Positions 22,250 to 25,549 of a DNA stretch of 25,549 nt are shown piece by piece. The notes beneath the pieces were generated by a model. It worked only from the letters and a program-made list of their open reading frames with translations, ran no database searches and was not told where the DNA came from. A program made the translations under genes and the position numbers. The stretch's first letter is position 1. Every line of letters starts with the position of its first letter. This DNA is from Phycicoccus sp. (GTDB taxonomy: Bacteria > Actinomycetota > Actinomycetes > Actinomycetales > Dermatophilaceae), in assembly GCA_035702545.1 (NCBI GenBank), contig DASSQJ010000159.1, forward strand, positions 1-25,549. Direction: 5' to 3'.

Positions 22250-22965
22250 CCGTCACGACCACCGCGGGGACGACCGCCACCCCGAGCTCGTGGGACCGCA
22301 TGAGGGTCGCCCGGTGGGCCGGGGGCCTGTACCTCGCCTACATCCTGGCCAACGTGCTCGCCAGCCTGACCGGCCACATCGGGCTCAGTGACGCCCGGAC
22401 GCTGCGCGCGACGATCGCGGACGACGAGGCGATGTTCCGGGTCGGCCTCGTCGCGGCCCTCGCCTCGGCCCTGCTGTTTGTCGCCACCGCGTGGGCCCTG
22501 TACATCCTGCTCCGCCCCGTGGACGACGCCCTGGCCCTGCTGCTCCTCGTGCTCAACGCGGTGGGGGTGGCCGTCCAGTGCGCCAGCTACCTCCCGCTCC
22601 TCGCCGTGCTCGCCCAGGCCGAGGGCGGGGCGGACCTGGCGGGCCTGACCGGCCAGCAGCTCCACGGACTGGCGATGCTCTCGGTCACCACCCACCAGGT
22701 CGGCTTCGTCACCGCCCAGCTCTTCTTCTCCGCCTGGCTCTTCCCCCTCGGCTGGCTGGTGCTCCGCTGCCGGTTCCTCCCCCGGCTCCTCGGGTGGCTC
22801 CTCCTCCTCGACGGAGTCGCGGTCCTCGTCTGGTTCCTCCAGACGCTCCTCGCCCCGGAGTACCGCGCGATCAGCTATCCCTCCTGGGTCGTGGGCTTCG
22901 TCGCCGAGGTCGGACTCGCCCTGTGGCTCCTCGTCAAGGGCGCCCGTTCCGCGCCGAGCAGCTAG
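22246..22965 (+). CDS. DUF4386-family membrane protein
   Basis: ARWAGGLYL, FRVG, AWALYILLRPVD..LALL, FFSAWLFPLGWLV.RCRFLPRLLGWLL and AEVGLALWLLVKG. RBS AAGGAGA. Confidence 0.8.
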   Translation: MTVTTTAGTTATPSSWDRMRVARWAGGLYLAYILANVLASLTGHIGLSDARTLRATIADDEAMFRVGLVAALASALLFVATAWALYILLRPVDDALALLLLVLNAVGVAVQCASYLPLLAVLAQAEGGADLAGLTGQQLHGLAMLSVTTHQVGFVTAQLFFSAWLFPLGWLVLRCRFLPRLLGWLLLLDGVAVLVWFLQTLLAPEYRAISYPSWVVGFVAEVGLALWLLVKGARSAPSS

Positions 22966-23906
22966 TCGGGGAGCTCGCTCGGCAGCACCACGGCGTCGAC
23001 CAGCGCTCCGTTGCGGATGACGGTGACCTCCATCCGCCGTCCGATGGCCTCGCCGAACAAGTGCTTCTGCAAGGACTGCGCGTCCCCGAGGGGGGCACCG
23101 TCGATGGCGAGGACGAGGTCACCGGCGAGCAGGCCGCTGCGGGCGGCAGGACTGCCCTCGACCACCTCGACGATCCGGAGGGCGACCCGCTGGCGGTACC
23201 GCTCGGCCTGGGTGGGGGTCAGCCGCGCAGGAGTGCTCACGAGGCCGAGGTAGGCGCGCCGGACGCGCCCCTCGTGCATCAGCGCGCCGATGATGCGATG
23301 CGTCGTCGCGTTGATCGGGACCGCCATCCCCAGGCCGACTCCGGCGACGGCCGTGTTGATCCCCACGACACGACCCCGGCTGTCTGCCAGGGCACCCCCG
23401 GAGCTGCCCGGGTTGAGGGCGGCGTCGGTCTGGATGACGTCCTCGATGAGCCGGGCCGTCGTCCGGGTTCGGACCGGCATGCTCCGGCCGAGCGCGCTCA
23501 CCACGCCGGCGGTCACGGTGCCGGAGAGGCCCAGGGGGTTGCCGACGGCGACCACGAGGGAGCCGACGAGGAGCGAGCCCGCGTCGCCCAGCTCCGGCGG
23601 GGCAGGCACGTCCCGGTCCGCCCGGACCACCGCGAGGTCCGACAGCGGGTCACGGCCCACGACGTCGACGTGGGCCACGGTGCCGTCGGCGAACTCCGCG
23701 GTCCCCTCGGTGGCATCGCCGACGACGTGCGCGTTGGTGATCAGGTGCGAGTCGCTGGTGAGCACCACGGCCGAGCCCGCCGACTCCCCCCGCGACGACC
23801 GGATCCGGAGCGCGGCCACCTTCGGCGTCAACCGCGCCGCGACCGACGTCACGATCGCCGAGTAGGCATCCAGAGCGTGCGCCTCTGCCGCCGGGTCGGT
23901 GCTCAT
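22962..23906 (-). CDS. HtrA/DegP-like S1C serine protease with one PDZ domain, no export signal
   Basis: Triad motifs ITNAHVV, DPLSDLAV and QTDAALNPGSSGG; PDZ motifs RRAYLGL and GSPAARSGLLAGD. 314 aa from the ATG at 23906. Confidence 0.9.
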   Translation of the reverse strand: MSTDPAAEAHALDAYSAIVTSVAARLTPKVAALRIRSSRGESAGSAVVLTSDSHLITNAHVVGDATEGTAEFADGTVAHVDVVGRDPLSDLAVVRADRDVPAPPELGDAGSLLVGSLVVAVGNPLGLSGTVTAGVVSALGRSMPVRTRTTARLIEDVIQTDAALNPGSSGGALADSRGRVVGINTAVAGVGLGMAVPINATTHRIIGALMHEGRVRRAYLGLVSTPARLTPTQAERYRQRVALRIVEVVEGSPAARSGLLAGDLVLAIDGAPLGDAQSLQKHLFGEAIGRRMEVTVIRNGALVDAVVLPSELPD

Positions 23907-23913
23907 GGCGGTA

Positions 23914-23941
23914 CAACGAGCCCGGTGGTGGACGGGATTCC
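23914..23941 (-). promoter_or_regulatory. Possible SigR/SigH-type ECF promoter of the protease
   Basis: Minus strand GGAAT-N19-GTTG ends 7 nt before the ATG. The spacer is one nt longer than the usual GGAAT-N18-GTT. Confidence 0.4.
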
Positions 23942-24045
23942 GCCACTTCACCGAGGGCGGACCTCGCCCTGTCCGCCCCGGCCGCCCGACCAGCCGGTCG
24001 ACACGTTCATGGCTCCTTCTCAGGTACCGGCGCCACGATGGACCG

Positions 24046-24891
24046 GTGAGCACTCCTCCGCGGGAGCCTGCGCCGTCGCGTCGGCTCGCGCTCGGCGCCG
24101 GTGCGGTGCTCGGCGCCGGGGCGCTGCTCGGAGCGGCCGGGTGCAGCGGACCGGCCCCGGCGGCACCGGGCCCCAGCTCGGCAGCGCCCGGCACCGCACC
24201 GACCCACGAGCCACCGGCGACCGCCCAGCCGACGTCCGCGCCCGCCACGAGCCCCGTCCCGGACCCGCGCCCGTCCGTGGCGTCGTCGCGGGGTCCGGAC
24301 ATCGTCTCCGGCCCCGGGACCCGTGACGAGGTCGCCCTCACCTTCCACGGCCAGGGAGCGGCCGTCCTCACGGACGCGGTCCGCGCGGCGTGCCGGGAGG
24401 CCTCCGCCGCCATCACCGTCTTCGCCGTCGGCACCTGGGTGGACGCGGACCCGGCACTGGCCGTCGCCCTCCTCCGGGACGGGCACGAGGTGGGCAACCA
24501 CACGTGGAGCCACCAGCAGATGCCTCGGCTCGACCCCTCGGCCGCGCGCACCGAGGTCCGCAGGGGTCGAGACGCACTGACCCGCGCCCTCGGGAGCCCG
24601 GGCTGGTGGTTCCGGCCGTCCGGCACCCAGCACAGCACGGCGACCATCCGGTCGGCGGCCTGGGCGAACGGCTACGCCCGGTGCGTCTCCTACGACGTCG
24701 ACCCCCACGACTACCTCGACCCCGGCGCCAAGCTCGTCCGCACCCGGGTCCGGCGAGCCGTCCGCGCGGGGTCGATCGTGTCGCTCCACCTCGGCCACGC
24801 GGGGACCGCCGAGGCCCTCCCGGGGATGCTGTCCGACCTGGCCGCGATGGGCCTGCAGCCCGTCACCCTCTCCCGCCTCCTGCGCGACTGA
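24046..24891 (+). CDS. CE4/NodB polysaccharide-deacetylase-fold lipoprotein (atypical motif 1)
   Basis: SRR twin-arginine-like signal with lipobox AAGC, Pro/Ala/Thr linker, VALTFHGQG, GNHTWSH, WFRPSG, YDVDPHDY and IVSLH. CACGAT-N6-GTG start. Confidence 0.85.
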   Translation: MSTPPREPAPSRRLALGAGAVLGAGALLGAAGCSGPAPAAPGPSSAAPGTAPTHEPPATAQPTSAPATSPVPDPRPSVASSRGPDIVSGPGTRDEVALTFHGQGAAVLTDAVRAACREASAAITVFAVGTWVDADPALAVALLRDGHEVGNHTWSHQQMPRLDPSAARTEVRRGRDALTRALGSPGWWFRPSGTQHSTATIRSAAWANGYARCVSYDVDPHDYLDPGAKLVRTRVRRAVRAGSIVSLHLGHAGTAEALPGMLSDLAAMGLQPVTLSRLLRD

Positions 24892-24912
24892 GCCGGCGAA
24901 GGACCAGATGGC

Positions 24913-25549
24913 GTGCGCTCCCTCCTGACGGCCCGTCCGCGTCGCGCACGTGCTGCGCCCGCGCTGGCCCTGCTGCTCTCGTTGGCGGCCTGCACCTCGG
25001 GCGGCGCGGCCGGCTCGCCGGCATCGACGCGGCCGTCCCCGTCGACGGCGACACCGACCTCCACCGCGCCGGCGCCGTCTCCGTCGGCCACTCCCCCCGG
25101 TCCGGCGCCGGTGGACGTCTACGCGGGAACCGGCGCCGGCGACATCTCGCCGGTCGCTCGCGCGGCCCGCGCGATGGTGTATGTCCCCAACAGCCAGGCG
25201 AACACCGTCCAGCTGATCGACCCGCGCACCTACACCGTCGTGCGGACGTTCCGGGTCGGGGCCGAGCCGCAGCACGTCGTCCCCTCGTGGGACCTGACCC
25301 GGCTGTGGGTCAACAGCGACCACGGGAACCGGCTCACGCCCATCGACCCCCGCACGGGCAGGCCCGGCAGACCCGTTCCGGTCGACGACCCCTACAACCT
25401 GTACTTCACCCCGGACGGGACGCATGCCCTGGTGATGGCCGAGCGCCTGCACCGGATCGACGTGCGCAACCCGCACACGATGGCCCTGGAACGCTCCCTG
25501 CCGGTGCACTGCTGGGGGATCAACCACGCCGACTACACGGCCGACCTCG
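24913..25549 (+). CDS. YVTN/YncE-type beta-propeller lipoprotein (runs off the right edge)
   Basis: Hand translation from GTG at 24913: RSLLTARPRRARAAPALALLLSLAAC (lipobox), a Ser/Thr/Pro linker, then VYVPNSQANTVQLIDP, VGAEPQHVVPSWD, LWVNSD and DPYNLYFTPDG propeller repeats. Not in the supplied ORF track. Confidence 0.85.
   Translation, partial: MRSLLTARPRRARAAPALALLLSLAACTSGGAAGSPASTRPSPSTATPTSTAPAPSPSATPPGPAPVDVYAGTGAGDISPVARAARAMVYVPNSQANTVQLIDPRTYTVVRTFRVGAEPQHVVPSWDLTRLWVNSDHGNRLTPIDPRTGRPGRPVPVDDPYNLYFTPDGTHALVMAERLHRIDVRNPHTMALERSLPVHCWGINHADYTADL

Noticed and set aside
24085-24140. Three imperfect 18-nt repeats (GCTCGGCGCCGG...)
   Set aside because: They encode the LGAGAV/LGAGAL/LGAAG hydrophobic signal-peptide core and are not a CRISPR or regulatory array.
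23907-24647. Long N-terminal extension of the protease ORF
   Set aside because: It is antisense to the CE4 lipoprotein gene. The protease-like sequence starts at MSTDP (23906).
24908-24928. Short ORF ATG GCG TGC GCT CCC TCC TGA after an AAGGA RBS
   Set aside because: It has 6 codons and overlaps the propeller gene start. There is no evidence for a leader peptide, and the same RBS can serve GTG 24913.
24980-25110. Repetitive Ser/Thr/Pro/Ala-coding stretch (also 24140-24290)
   Set aside because: These are ordinary flexible linkers after lipoprotein cysteines.

Overview
This is a GC-rich, actinobacterial-looking chromosomal window with dense coding and no mobile element, CRISPR array, rRNA or tRNA that I can support. 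From left to right it holds: a partial CoxD/MoxR-type AAA+ ATPase; a DUF202 membrane-protein pair; a MocA-like nucleotidyltransferase; a YcaQ-like DNA glycosylase coupled to a GNAT; a NYN nuclease; a secreted 5'-nucleotidase; a ~1838-aa single-chain biotin-dependent carboxylase; a YihY/BrkB protein; an AI-2E transporter; a 7-gene translationally coupled urate-to-malate operon (glcB, CitE-like aldolase/lyase, uricase, uraD, uraH, allB, allantoin-catabolism cupin); an NTF2-like protein; two membrane proteins; a cytoplasmic HtrA-like protease; and a lipoprotein pair (atypical CE4 deacetylase plus a partial YVTN beta-propeller). Three observations stand out. (1) The carboxylase has a eukaryote-type ACC architecture and motifs, with a 16-bp palindrome in its promoter. 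(2) An uncharacterised CitE-fold gene sits in the purine operon, which otherwise lacks a ureidoglycolate lyase. (3) The CE4 lipoprotein has TFHGQG in place of the catalytic TFDDG motif. Start codons were re-called by hand, because many supplied ORFs are over-extended or are antisense shadows. Family comparisons are from memory of known motifs, not from database searches.
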